Of a stretch of 24,934 nucleotides of DNA, positions 1 to 9,558 are shown one piece after another; within the stretch, counting starts at the first letter, position 1; every line of letters begins with the position of its first letter. Under the pieces are notes generated by a model. It was not told the origin of the DNA. It worked only from the letters and a program-made list of their open reading frames with translations, and made no database searches. Origin of the DNA: a virus (taxonomy: Duplodnaviria > Caudoviricetes); the IMG/VR virus record IMGVR_UViG_3300016263_001525, positions 1 through 24,934 of that record. One strand, 5' to 3'. A program made the position numbers and the translations under genes.

Positions 1-841
1 ATAATTCACTATGCCAGTATAGCCCACAATATTCAATAGCAATATTTAATTCAGGTATCCAAATATCTAATTCGTAAGGTGTTATCTGTGTTCGGTCTCC
101 CATCTTAGCCAAGGGATAATGTGTCTGTATCTGTTCAAAAATTTCTTTTTCAGCTTGGCTGTGATGGATATTCACTACTTGGCAATTGGGGCAAAAATCT
201 TTTCGAAATTTTTTATCCTGCAAATTCTGCAGAGATTTTTCAAATTTGTAATCGCAATTTTGACACAGAAAAAACACAGTGGATCCATCGCGACCAGTAA
301 TACTAATTCCAATAGTGTCTAATTTTGGCTGATAGTTCTCAAGGGTCTGTTTTTTTTGTTTTTCTCTATGATCAGCCAGGGAATTTTTGATTTTTTGTTT
401 TAGTTCTGGTGATTGTTTCCATCCTTGACGATGCGGTTTTGTTCCAGTTTCCGCGTTGACTCTGCGTGTGTTATTGGCTTTGGTTACCCATAGCTTGACC
501 TGTTCTGGATGGTCCTGAGCGTATTGTTTTCTTTGTTGAGAAGTTTGTGATCTTTGATCAGCACTAAATGTTCTGCTGGATCTAACTAATTCTCCATTTT
601 GATATTTCTGTTCTCTTTGTTCAAATGATTTCTTGAGTTTTTCTATGTGTTCAGCAGATAGTTTTTTTCCACGGCGATGAGTTTGTTTTTCCTTTATATA
701 CTTTTTCCAATCAAAATCCGGAGACCAGTTGAGACCATGTTGTTCACGATATTTGGTCACTGTGATTTTGTGTTTGGCCAGATGCTGGTAAGGAATAATG
801 TTTTCAAATTCCTCACCACAAATTTTGCATGTAATTGGCAT
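1..841 (-). CDS. Hef-like putative homing endonuclease (PD-(D/E)XK/Vsr-like nuclease), 3'-truncated by window edge
   Basis: Not in the ORF track; translated by hand from ATG at 841: MPITCKICGEEFENIIPYQHLAKH...CQNC...CPNC...SQAEKEIF...DRTQITPYELDIWIPELNIAIEYCGLYWHSEL. It is open to the window edge. The ELDIxIP..IAIExxGLYWHSE motif is shared with 15070..16851 and 24056..24934. TAAATA lies at 864-869. Confidence 0.8.
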   Translation of the reverse strand, partial: MPITCKICGEEFENIIPYQHLAKHKITVTKYREQHGLNWSPDFDWKKYIKEKQTHRRGKKLSAEHIEKLKKSFEQREQKYQNGELVRSSRTFSADQRSQTSQQRKQYAQDHPEQVKLWVTKANNTRRVNAETGTKPHRQGWKQSPELKQKIKNSLADHREKQKKQTLENYQPKLDTIGISITGRDGSTVFFLCQNCDYKFEKSLQNLQDKKFRKDFCPNCQVVNIHHSQAEKEIFEQIQTHYPLAKMGDRTQITPYELDIWIPELNIAIEYCGLYWHSEL

Positions 842-888
842 GTTGTTATTACTATCGCAAAGTTATTTAGCGTCTGATATCAGAATTC

Positions 889-920
889 AAAAAAATAGCA
901 GGGGTAAACCCCTGCTATCT
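889..920 (-). terminator. Rho-independent terminator after tail sheath gene
   Basis: ATAGCAGGGG-TTTA-CCCCTGCTAT hairpin followed by a T-run on the minus strand, 20 nt downstream of the gp18 stop. Confidence 0.85.
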
Positions 921-940
921 TGTTTATGGTTTTATTGTCA

Positions 941-3900
941 TTAGAGGCCAGCTTGGATATCACCAGTGTTCTTGATACGCACTGGGATGTACACAAACTC
1001 AACAGCCTTTACGGGCTCCACCGCTATGTCCACCCATAATTCATTTCTGTCAACCCTGTCTGGTGTGTTGTTGCTGCTATCACATACCACAGCATAATCG
1101 TATAATCCACGGTTCACTTTGACACTGTTCAGCTCTTTTTCAATCTGATTCTTGATTTCACGACGAGTGATTTCGTCATTGGGTTCAAAAATGTACTGAC
1201 GAGCAATCAGGTCCAGCTGACGACGCAGGTAAACAATCAATCTGGCAACGTTTACACGATCCAGCGCACTGGTTGTGGCGCTGCGAGTCTTCTGGCCGTA
1301 AATTGTGATACCGCTGTCGCTCAGCACGCTGATGGGGTTCACTTTGCCATTGTACAACACATCTCTGAGGTTGTTGCTTACTGCAATGCTCTGGAACAGG
1401 CCAGTTGCTGAATCAATATAGCCAATTGCTGTTGCGTTATCCACAGTACCTCTGCGAGTTCCTGCAGGTGCAAACCATACATAACTCTTCTGATCACTGC
1501 GGATCATGCTACGCAGAACCATGTGGCTAGCAGGCACCACAGCATAGTTACCATCCAGGTCACGAGTGAAACCTGCAGGGTAGTAACCAGCCATGTATTC
1601 ATAGTAGCTCACAAAGCCCTGTTCATTGTTGTCCACAGCCAGGTTCAGGTTACGTGACCAAGCATCCAGTGTGTTGCTGTCTGACTCCAGTCTGAGCGGA
1701 CTGTCCACAATAATAAATGCCGTTTCCTTGCGGTTCACATTCAGTGTGGTCAATGTGCTGGTGAGTTCTGGATATCCAGGAGCACACATCAGGTTGAAGT
1801 TGCGAACTTCTTCCACAGCTTCTACACTGTTGCCTACAGAAGCGGCCATCTTGGCAGCAACTAAAGCTCTTTGAGCTCTGCGACCCATATAAGCAACACC
1901 ATATTCATTGCTGCCGCTGGCGCTGACCCAGGCATTCAGGTATGCAGGAGGATTTTCATAACCAGCAAAATGATCCACCACAAACTGCTTGACGTTCATA
2001 CCGCTTCTGCGAGTATTGAACAGCAGAATGCCTCTGGGATATTCTGCATAGCTAGGGCAATCAGGATCAGTATAGTCTTCATTCAACAGGTCAGCAATAG
2101 CTGGTTTGTCGTCAGTGATAATATCTTCTGTTCCGTCGATTCCCCAACGAGCATCAACAAAGATAATACCATCGCTACTGGTGCTGTCAGTGTTGTCAAG
2201 CAGAGTCCAGGTGCCCAATGCAGTGCTGTAACGATAGATTTTGGGGAAATCGTCAAAATTATCAGTGTTGATCCACAAATCACCACTGACCAGAGCAGTA
2301 CCGTCACTCTGCAGGGTGGGCTCGCTTGCACTCACAATGGGACCTGCTGGGTCAGTGTTGGCCAGGTTGAAACCACGAGAATCAGTACCACCATTTAGGT
2401 AGCCTCTCCAACCAGTACCATCATTGATCATGATGTCATATTCAGTGGGTTCGTTATAGTACCAGTAGGTTCCGTCTGCAGGATCTGCACTGGGTTCATT
2501 GTCATCCACTGTGTAGGTGGGTTGCTGCCAATTGCTGACCCAGATTGCGCTGGCTGTAACGTCACTCAAACGAGCATTTACCGACGAAGTAGTAATTCCA
2601 GCATCTGCCAGCGGAGTACCACTCGTGTCCTTGAGTTCCAGTACACCACCCAATGCGTGAGTGATGGTGATTGCACCACTGGTTTCAATGCCAGCACTGA
2701 CATTGGGAATGTTAGCACTGTTCAGTGAGGTTACAAAAGCCGCTGCATTGGTGCCACCTGCGATGGTTACTGTGGTAGGACCCTGTAAACTGGCATTACC
2801 AGCAACAGTATAGCTCACTGTGAAAGTTTCAGTGAGCACAAAGGAGGGGCTCACATTGCTACCAGTCACGCTGGTCACACCAGCTTTGCGATTGAACAGC
2901 TTGAATGTGAATGTGTCATTGGCATTGACATCACTCTGTATATAGGTTTTACCAGCAGTGATTGCCAAACCGCCACTGGTGGGATCCAGTGCATAGATTG
3001 CACTGGCGTCGTTGGGGTAAACTGGAGTAACCAACTCGGTCCAGGTCTCACTGGTGCTGTTGTAGCGTTTTACCACAAAGCTAGCACCATTGTTGGGACT
3101 GGTGGTCTTGAACCATACAGAGCCAGTGGGTCTGGGGTTGCTACCGTTAGTCAACCATGTACCTCCTGCAGGTGCCTGTGTATGCTTGCTGTCCACAAAT
3201 GCTGGGCAATTGTAAGCCACGTTGGCGCTGATACCCAGGGTGGTTAGTGGAGTACCAGTGACATTCAGGAATGTCACATTGCCTGCATTGGCATTGCAAT
3301 AAACACTGAGTTGCCCACTGACTGTGGCAGCAGCTTTGATATTGGATGCGTCCACTGCATTGATGTTGGCCACTGTGGTGGTTAGGTTAGCGCCCACAGT
3401 GACATTGGATCCATTGATGCTGAAAATATTACCAGTGATGGTGGCAATATTTGCAGTGGCAGTTCCAGTCACTGCTGGCCATCCCAGTTCCCAATCGCTG
3501 GAACCAACCTGGGCCCATTGTCCGTACAGAGCATAACTGGTGGGTCCACCAATCTTGTAGAACACCGGATTGTCCACATCAGTGAGGTCAATAGCGTAAT
3601 CGCCGGGTTTGCCCACGGTGCTCAGTGGCTCACCACCGCTGATTTCAGCCGAATCAGTGATCAGGTGCAGTTTAGCACTGCCTGTTACATTGGTAGTGGT
3701 AACCTGGCTGAATCCTGGTGTATTTTGATTCCATTCAAAAATACCAAATTTAGTAGCAGCCACGTCCAACCACAAGGTATTGTTGGCCACTCCGCCAGTG
3801 GGGCGAGCAGATGATCCAATCAGTTGGTCTAGGTCAACGTCTGCACGGATGATGTAGGCTGCATTGCTTACACCCAGGGCACTGTAGGCAGCAAACAAGC

Positions 3901-4171
3901 CATGTTCATTGAGTTCATAACCATGAATAGGTGTGCCTGCACTTACCAGATAGTTGGGTTTGCCATACTTACTAATCAATTCTCTCTGTGAAGTAACCAG
4001 GAAAACCTTACCAGCATTGGCTGCTGTGGTGTACTCCGCCAGATCCCCGTTGGGATTGGTTTTGTCTTGGGCGGTTGCAACCACGATGAAAGGAACTGTT
4101 CCTGCTGCCGCAGGAGTATAGTTACTTTCATCGATAATTGTAACTTGTGCGCCGGGTGATGTAAGGGCCAT
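941..4171 (-). CDS. gp18: Contractile tail sheath protein (T4 gp18-like), 1076 aa
   Basis: N-terminal MALTSPGAQVTIIDES. C-terminal sheath motifs WFAPAGTRRG, GQKT...SALDRVNVARL, FEPNDEITR, VVCDSSNNTPDRVDRNELWVDIAVEPVKAVEFVYIP. AGGAG RBS and TAAATA at 4253-4258. Confidence 0.95.
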   Translation of the reverse strand: MALTSPGAQVTIIDESNYTPAAAGTVPFIVVATAQDKTNPNGDLAEYTTAANAGKVFLVTSQRELISKYGKPNYLVSAGTPIHGYELNEHGLFAAYSALGVSNAAYIIRADVDLDQLIGSSARPTGGVANNTLWLDVAATKFGIFEWNQNTPGFSQVTTTNVTGSAKLHLITDSAEISGGEPLSTVGKPGDYAIDLTDVDNPVFYKIGGPTSYALYGQWAQVGSSDWELGWPAVTGTATANIATITGNIFSINGSNVTVGANLTTTVANINAVDASNIKAAATVSGQLSVYCNANAGNVTFLNVTGTPLTTLGISANVAYNCPAFVDSKHTQAPAGGTWLTNGSNPRPTGSVWFKTTSPNNGASFVVKRYNSTSETWTELVTPVYPNDASAIYALDPTSGGLAITAGKTYIQSDVNANDTFTFKLFNRKAGVTSVTGSNVSPSFVLTETFTVSYTVAGNASLQGPTTVTIAGGTNAAAFVTSLNSANIPNVSAGIETSGAITITHALGGVLELKDTSGTPLADAGITTSSVNARLSDVTASAIWVSNWQQPTYTVDDNEPSADPADGTYWYYNEPTEYDIMINDGTGWRGYLNGGTDSRGFNLANTDPAGPIVSASEPTLQSDGTALVSGDLWINTDNFDDFPKIYRYSTALGTWTLLDNTDSTSSDGIIFVDARWGIDGTEDIITDDKPAIADLLNEDYTDPDCPSYAEYPRGILLFNTRRSGMNVKQFVVDHFAGYENPPAYLNAWVSASGSNEYGVAYMGRRAQRALVAAKMAASVGNSVEAVEEVRNFNLMCAPGYPELTSTLTTLNVNRKETAFIIVDSPLRLESDSNTLDAWSRNLNLAVDNNEQGFVSYYEYMAGYYPAGFTRDLDGNYAVVPASHMVLRSMIRSDQKSYVWFAPAGTRRGTVDNATAIGYIDSATGLFQSIAVSNNLRDVLYNGKVNPISVLSDSGITIYGQKTRSATTSALDRVNVARLIVYLRRQLDLIARQYIFEPNDEITRREIKNQIEKELNSVKVNRGLYDYAVVCDSSNNTPDRVDRNELWVDIAVEPVKAVEFVYIPVRIKNTGDIQAGL

Positions 4172-4320
4172 TATTTTTCTCCTAAAATTCCATATAGCCT
4201 TGGTGAATCATCTGAGCTATAGATGTTGATCGAGCGGGTGATCCATTGCTGGTATTTATGGACTTCTGGGTTTTTTAGCTGGTTCAGCACACCTTTGAAA
4301 GGGTTTGGGTAAATAATCAC

Positions 4321-4665
4321 ATGAGACCACTGTGCAAAACCTGTAAAACCCGACCCTGCGCCGTGAATTATCACAACGGTGAACGAATCCACTATCGCAG
4401 TCGATGCGAACGTTGCTGGAAGCAGAAGCGACAGCAGTCCTATTCCAAACCTGTCTGGCAGCTCAGAGGCTATCAGAAGAAAAACACCTGTGAACGTTGC
4501 GGATATCGCAGCAACATATCACAGGTGTTTGGTGTTTATTGCGTGGACGGTGATCTAAAAAACGCTCAGCCCAATAATCTCAGAACAGTATGTGCTAACT
4601 GTCAGATCCTGCTGAGTGTCAGTAATCAGGGCTGGACCAATGCTGAGCTGGTCAGCGATTATTAG
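4321..4665 (+). CDS. Small Cys-rich zinc-binding protein with degenerate HNH-like motif
   Basis: CKTC, CERC, CERC and VYCVDGDLKNAQPNNLRTVCANC (HNH pattern with the first His replaced). TAAATA ends 5 nt before the ATG. Confidence 0.7.
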   Translation: MRPLCKTCKTRPCAVNYHNGERIHYRSRCERCWKQKRQQSYSKPVWQLRGYQKKNTCERCGYRSNISQVFGVYCVDGDLKNAQPNNLRTVCANCQILLSVSNQGWTNAELVSDY

Positions 4666-5326
4666 CCACAAATGAATCCAGTACTCGATGCAGTTGCTCC
4701 ACAGTGCCAGAGTTATCAATCACCTGGTCCACTGGCAAACCCACCCAGCTCCACTCACTGGGATGCACTTCAGGATACCGGACCTCCATGACTTGTCCCT
4801 GCTGTTTGAGGTCAGCTAACTCTGAGGCTGACGCCAAGTTTTGGCGTTGAGCACAAACCGCCCAGGGCAGTGTGTCAGCAGAGGCTCCACGTCTGATTTC
4901 AATCAGTTTTCCGCCCTGATCTCGAATCATTTGCAGTTCGTTGGCAAACCGACAATCACTTATCACCACATTGACACCAGAATTCAAGCTGGCTGCTACC
5001 TGACGCTCAGTGGCTGCTATCCAGATGTCAGTGTGAAAGTGATTGCGTAACACATTGGTGCCCAGATATTGCAACACCCATCTGGGCGTGAGATCAGGGA
5101 GACCCAACCGGTGTGCCCACCAGGGATCCACCTGATCTCGCCAATAACGACTCTGATCTGTGTGTCCTTCCAGGAAATCACGAGGCCATCCAAAAATCAT
5201 CGACACTGCATCTTTCAGTGGCCCAGCAAAACTCAAGCGTTTCCAGCCCCGAGCATCTGCTAGATATCGGGCTGCTGTGTCTTTGCCACTGCCTATGCTG
5301 CCCACAATACCATAGAGTTGAGACAT
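4652..5326 (-). CDS. Deoxynucleoside monophosphate kinase (T4 gp1-like)
   Basis: P-loop GIVGSIGSGKDTAA, SFAGPLKDAVSMIFGW, TPRWVLQYLGT, VISDCRFANE, HPSEWSW, IDNSGT. Start placed at MSQLYG (5326) rather than the track's 5386. Confidence 0.9.
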   Translation of the reverse strand: MSQLYGIVGSIGSGKDTAARYLADARGWKRLSFAGPLKDAVSMIFGWPRDFLEGHTDQSRYWRDQVDPWWAHRLGLPDLTPRWVLQYLGTNVLRNHFHTDIWIAATERQVAASLNSGVNVVISDCRFANELQMIRDQGGKLIEIRRGASADTLPWAVCAQRQNLASASELADLKQQGQVMEVRYPEVHPSEWSWVGLPVDQVIDNSGTVEQLHRVLDSFVANNR

Positions 5327-5372
5327 AATTACTTCAGTATCTAGCAGGGCAGAGATAGTATTGGAGGAAAAA

Positions 5373-6392
5373 TCAATTAGTTTCAACTTTGCAATTTGTA
5401 AAATGATGCCTTTTCATAACTGGCCCTTTACCTACCTTGCCGCATTGGGGGCATTGATGAACTTCCAACAGATTACTAGTACCGTCTGCCAATCTTTTTT
5501 TGGCCATCCCAACCAAGTTATGTGTACCTTGTTGGTATCTACGTTTCTGAGAGAGGCTATTTCCATTAGAGGAAATTGCATATACTTTGTTTAGAGATAG
5601 GGCAGCATCGTCTATCAATTGATCCAGTGTTTTATCACAAGCCATGCCTTTTTTACTATTTTCTACTAATGTTATCAATCTCAAATTAGTCCAATGCCCC
5701 AGCCAGCACGGCGGTACTCCCTGATTGAATCCCTCTTGAACGCTAAAAATATGATCTAATGCCATTTCACTACGATTCAATCTCTGTGGATTGATCTCAT
5801 GGAAGAATTCACGCCAACTTTGCTCAGTAAATCGCCACACTGCTTCATGATACAGCTTGCGATCAGTCCTCAATTCTATTGGAGTAGCACCGTTCTGAAT
5901 TCGTGCCTCAGATATTTTTCTTTTGATGTCAGGATGCTTACTTGGATTATCTACACCATAATTTTTTATAAAAGTTTCTTTCATTTTTCTTTTTTGATTT
6001 TTGGTATATGATGCTTTATTGCGATATTTTCTTCCTTCACGCACAGCTTTTAGATTTGACTGTCTTCTTTTTTCATTGATTTCTGGGGTATGACTATTTT
6101 TGAAATCTCCCCTTATTTCCTGTAGTTGGCGTCTAGCTTTGTGGTTTTTAGTTTCAAGATACCGATTTTCACACCATTTGACCATGTCCCCAGTAACAGG
6201 ACATCTAGGTATTTGCCAAACATCTTTGAGTATGTGCCAAACTCTCTGTTTGGGCTTTGCTCTTTCTGGTAAAAATTCTGTCAAAATCAATATTTCCTGC
6301 CAGAGGTCAGGATGGGTTTTATGTAGATATCTAGTTACTGATTTATTATAGGATGTATCAGTTTCAATGAGTTTTTCTAGTATGTCTTTCAT
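5373..6392 (-). CDS. Free-standing HNH-family homing endonuclease (putative)
   Basis: LDHIFSV...GHWTNLRLITLVENSKKG (HNH/HNN core), KNYGVDNPSK repeat unit, C-terminal CPQCGK...RHHFTNC zinc finger. AT-rich relative to its neighbours. Confidence 0.75.
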   Translation of the reverse strand: MKDILEKLIETDTSYNKSVTRYLHKTHPDLWQEILILTEFLPERAKPKQRVWHILKDVWQIPRCPVTGDMVKWCENRYLETKNHKARRQLQEIRGDFKNSHTPEINEKRRQSNLKAVREGRKYRNKASYTKNQKRKMKETFIKNYGVDNPSKHPDIKRKISEARIQNGATPIELRTDRKLYHEAVWRFTEQSWREFFHEINPQRLNRSEMALDHIFSVQEGFNQGVPPCWLGHWTNLRLITLVENSKKGMACDKTLDQLIDDAALSLNKVYAISSNGNSLSQKRRYQQGTHNLVGMAKKRLADGTSNLLEVHQCPQCGKVGKGPVMKRHHFTNCKVETN

Positions 6393-6427
6393 ACTTTTAT
6401 TTATGCAAACTCACCCAATAACGAACG

Positions 6428-7183
6428 TTATCCAATTATGAAATGCAAGGGTTGTGAACCATCTATATACAATTTCAGATCTTCCATCAGCTTTTCCATC
6501 TCTTCCTTGGCTTCATTTTTCAATGCTTCACCATTCAGTGTTGTTCCGCCCTGAGGCCCCGCAATCTGGCCAAACTTGCTGCGAGCTTCACCCAGGGTGT
6601 ATTTGGCCATGCTGTAAGTGTAATCCCGGATCCAGTTGCTGGTACGATAATCACTGAGTAACTGGATTTCGGGCTTCATGTTGAATGTCCAGAGCAAGAA
6701 AGTTTCACCAGAATTCTGTGGACGACGCACAATAATCAGCTTCTTGGTGACCGGATTGAACGTATAATTCACATAACCACCAAACATTCTGGCAGTCATT
6801 TCCTGGTACTGAGTATATAATTCATAGCTGAGCAATCCACCAGTACGACCCACTTTGAGCAAGTAGGTGTTCAAGTAGCCAGCTTCAAAGGGTTCGAACT
6901 GATTGCCTGCACTCTGCCCAGTGCTGCCAATGGTACGTCTGAATATTTGTCTCACAGTGGTGACTTCCTGAGGCAGAATGTATTCCTGCTGATCTTCCAC
7001 CAGATCCAGAAATGCATAGCTTTCTTCTTCGGAATTCTGACTACGAGCTCGGTATGTCTGCACAGCTTTGGCATAGGACATCTCGTAGTGCTCTGGGTCA
7101 AGTTCCACGGAAACCATCCCATCGCCCAAACGTAATCTTACATAATCAAAAACACCCTGTTTCAATTCGTCCAAAGATGGCAT
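6428..7183 (-). CDS. gp13: Neck / head-tail adaptor protein (T4 gp13-like)
   Basis: VFDYVRLRLGDGMVSVELDPEHY; WIRDYTYSMAKYTLGEARSKFGQIAGPQGGTTLNGEALKNEAKEEMEKL, typical of the gp13 C-terminus. AGGAG RBS, TAAATA at 7207-7212. Confidence 0.85.
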   Translation of the reverse strand: MPSLDELKQGVFDYVRLRLGDGMVSVELDPEHYEMSYAKAVQTYRARSQNSEEESYAFLDLVEDQQEYILPQEVTTVRQIFRRTIGSTGQSAGNQFEPFEAGYLNTYLLKVGRTGGLLSYELYTQYQEMTARMFGGYVNYTFNPVTKKLIIVRRPQNSGETFLLWTFNMKPEIQLLSDYRTSNWIRDYTYSMAKYTLGEARSKFGQIAGPQGGTTLNGEALKNEAKEEMEKLMEDLKLYIDGSQPLHFIIG

Positions 7184-7192
7184 CTGGCTCTC

Positions 7193-8140
7193 CTAATCTG
7201 TCTGTGTATTTATGCTCTTACAGCGACTTCCGTGGCATCGAGTGAATATTGAAATATCTATGACTTTCTTACAAAACTCGCATTGGATTTTTCGTCTATT
7301 CCGCGAAGTTTCACTTATTTTAGCTCTCTGTGCTGGAGTCAGATCCAAAGTCTTTTTCTTTTCAATTGGTTTCAAACTTTTGCAACGATCACCATGCCAC
7401 CGAACATATACTGCTATATCTATAGTTTTACCACAATGCTCACACTGAACTCGAGCTCTGTTACGTGATTTCTCGCTGATCTGCTCTCGTTGTTCTGGTG
7501 TTAGATTTCTTTTCTTACCCAAATTAGGGTTGGGGTGATTTTTATTATATTCTCGAACTCGTTCACTTATTTTAGCTCGCTCGTCATGAGTTTTAGGCAC
7601 GCCTTTGTTCCAAGCTGATTTTCCTTTCCGTTTTTCAGAAAGTTTTTTCCTGGTTTCTAATGAACGCTTCTTACCCAAATGCCAATTACCATTTTTATTC
7701 AACGCTTCTTTTTTAGCTACACTCATCTTGGCTTTTTCTTGTGATGTTCGAGGTATTCCTCGATTCCAAGCAGGCTTACCTTTTCTAGCTTCGGCTAGTA
7801 ATTCACGATTTTTTTGATATTCTGTTCCTGATATTTGATATCTTTGATTCTGTGTATTGGTATTGGTCATTCGCCACAGTGCATAAATCATGAGATATCT
7901 GTTGCGACCTTCTGTGAATTTAGTCAGCAACTTATGGCAGATATAATGCTCTCTGGCTGTTAGTATAACTAAATTTTCTGGAACATCTGGATCACTGGTT
8001 AGATTATTGCAGGATTGACGAAATAACGAGCGTGGGATAATGTGATGAGTTTCAGTGTAACCTATTGGAGTTGATCTGTTTATCGCCTGGGTTATCAGAG
8101 CCGAATACCACTGTAGGTATTTGTTGTCAATAAATAGCAT
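7193..8140 (-). CDS. Free-standing HNH homing endonuclease with NUMOD3-like repeats and two C-terminal zinc fingers
   Basis: GYTETHHIIPRS...ENLVILTAREHYICHKLL; PAWNRG / GKKRSLETRKKLSE repeats; CEHC...HGDRC and CEFC...HGSRC. Start placed at MLFIDNKY (8140), 9 nt after AGGAGG. Confidence 0.9.
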   Translation of the reverse strand: MLFIDNKYLQWYSALITQAINRSTPIGYTETHHIIPRSLFRQSCNNLTSDPDVPENLVILTAREHYICHKLLTKFTEGRNRYLMIYALWRMTNTNTQNQRYQISGTEYQKNRELLAEARKGKPAWNRGIPRTSQEKAKMSVAKKEALNKNGNWHLGKKRSLETRKKLSEKRKGKSAWNKGVPKTHDERAKISERVREYNKNHPNPNLGKKRNLTPEQREQISEKSRNRARVQCEHCGKTIDIAVYVRWHGDRCKSLKPIEKKKTLDLTPAQRAKISETSRNRRKIQCEFCKKVIDISIFTRCHGSRCKSINTQTD

Positions 8141-8210
8141 TGCTGGTGTCCTCCTAGACATTAGAGTGGTTGGGGAATTGCAGTCCCGCGAACCACATTT
8201 TTATTTATAC
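8141..8210 (-). promoter_or_regulatory. Structured 5' leader (copy A) with upstream TATAAATA promoter
   Basis: Minus strand GTATAAATA-AAAAT-GTGGTT-CGC-GGGA-CTGCAAT-TCCC-C-AACCAC-TCTAATGTC-TAGGAG-GACACCAGCA-ATG; homologous to 10341-10410. Confidence 0.75.
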
Positions 8211-8244
8211 ATCCTCTGCATAAATAATCATGGAGATTGTAACA

Positions 8245-9558
8245 GTGCCCAGAATATCACTTTGGCAAGAAGGCCGCCACTCAAATGATTACAAATTTTT
8301 TGATCAGCAAATTAGAGAATCAATTTCTATAGGTGGTACTGCATGCTATATTCACAAATATCTGGGGCCTGCAGATAACACTGTGAGCCTGAACACCAGC
8401 AACATCACTGTGACTGGCAACAGCATATTGAGATTCAGCAACACCAGCAACGTCAGCGTGGGCCAGTTTGTGTTTGGGACCAATATTCCCAGCAACACCA
8501 AAGTGGGTGCCAAGACTGCCAACACAGTGACCCTGACCAACAGCGTGAGCAACACCGTGGTTACTGGTTCTGCTATCAAATTCAGCGCAATCAACGATGC
8601 CACACAACCAGTGTACACCAATCAGAGTGCAGTAAACATCCAGGATCTGTTGCTGTTGGAAAATCGTGATAGAAAATACGATACCAATGTGTACAACCTC
8701 AGAGGCATATACAATGTACAGGATCTGGACTTTGATCTCAGCCAGTTTGGCTTGTTTTTACAGAACGACACTGTGTTTATCACTTTTCATCTGAATGAAA
8801 TGGTTCAGAGACTGGGACGCAAAATCATCAGCGGTGACGTCATAGAGCTGCCGCATCTGAAAGATTTTTACAGTCTGGACGAAACTGTGCCTGTTGCGCT
8901 GAAACGTTTCTATGTGGTCAAGGATGCCATACGCAGTGCAGAAGGATACAGTCCCACTTGGTGGCCGCATCTGTGGCGCATCAAGGCCACGCCCTTGGTG
9001 GACAGTCAGGAATACAAACAGATTCTGAATCAGATCCAGGCTGGCACAGCCAACACCACACTGAAGGATCTGATCAGCACAGTGGACAAGTCCATACTGG
9101 CCAACGAAGCCATCATTGATCGCGCTGAACAACTGGTACCTGAAAGTGGTTATGACGTAACTCCTTACTGGATACCGCCCATGAGCGATGGCACAAAATA
9201 CGGTACTCCGTTGCCACCCGATGCCAGTCCAGTGGAGCGTTTTGAAGGTTATTTGGTGGGTACGAGTTCTGCTCCCAACGGCCGACCAGTTACCACTGGC
9301 ACTGAATTCCCTGCCAATCCCAACGCTGGAGACTTCTTTCTCAGGCTGGATTTCTTTCCCAATCGACTGTTCCGTTATGATGGAAACCACTGGGTCAAAG
9401 TACAGGACGATGTTCGCACGCCGCTGACTCGTGGGCTGGGAGAAACTCAGCAGGATCGATTTATCAATGACGATACCACATTTACCAACAGTGAAGGCCA
9501 GACAGAAACCACACTGCAAGACCTCAGCACTCTGTTGAGGCCCGATAGCGATTACTAA
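8245..9558 (+). CDS. gp14: Neck / head completion protein (T4 gp14-like)
   Basis: PRISLW...NDYKFFD, IQDLLLLENRDRKYD, DFDLSQFGLFLQNDTVFITFH, LGRKIISGDVIELPHLKD; lies between gp13 and gp15. Likely GTG start at 8245 (GGAG at 8232-8235); the track start is 8230. Confidence 0.75.
   Translation: MPRISLWQEGRHSNDYKFFDQQIRESISIGGTACYIHKYLGPADNTVSLNTSNITVTGNSILRFSNTSNVSVGQFVFGTNIPSNTKVGAKTANTVTLTNSVSNTVVTGSAIKFSAINDATQPVYTNQSAVNIQDLLLLENRDRKYDTNVYNLRGIYNVQDLDFDLSQFGLFLQNDTVFITFHLNEMVQRLGRKIISGDVIELPHLKDFYSLDETVPVALKRFYVVKDAIRSAEGYSPTWWPHLWRIKATPLVDSQEYKQILNQIQAGTANTTLKDLISTVDKSILANEAIIDRAEQLVPESGYDVTPYWIPPMSDGTKYGTPLPPDASPVERFEGYLVGTSSAPNGRPVTTGTEFPANPNAGDFFLRLDFFPNRLFRYDGNHWVKVQDDVRTPLTRGLGETQQDRFINDDTTFTNSEGQTETTLQDLSTLLRPDSDY

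Noticed and set aside
4171-4392. 73-aa minus ORF upstream of gp18 and possible structure in the gp18 leader
   Set aside because: The ORF overlaps the divergent promoters and the 114-aa gene; the leader stems (4193-4241) are short and mutually exclusive, with no second copy to support them.
8146-8160. GGA-in-hexaloop as a CsrA/RsmA site
   Set aside because: The loops are UAGGAG and GUGGAG and lack the leading A of the ANGGAN consensus; the Shine-Dalgarno explains the GGAG.
8141-8210. Leader element as tRNA or group I intron fragment
   Set aside because: No cloverleaf and no intron core elements are visible, and the flanking genes are not split into exons.
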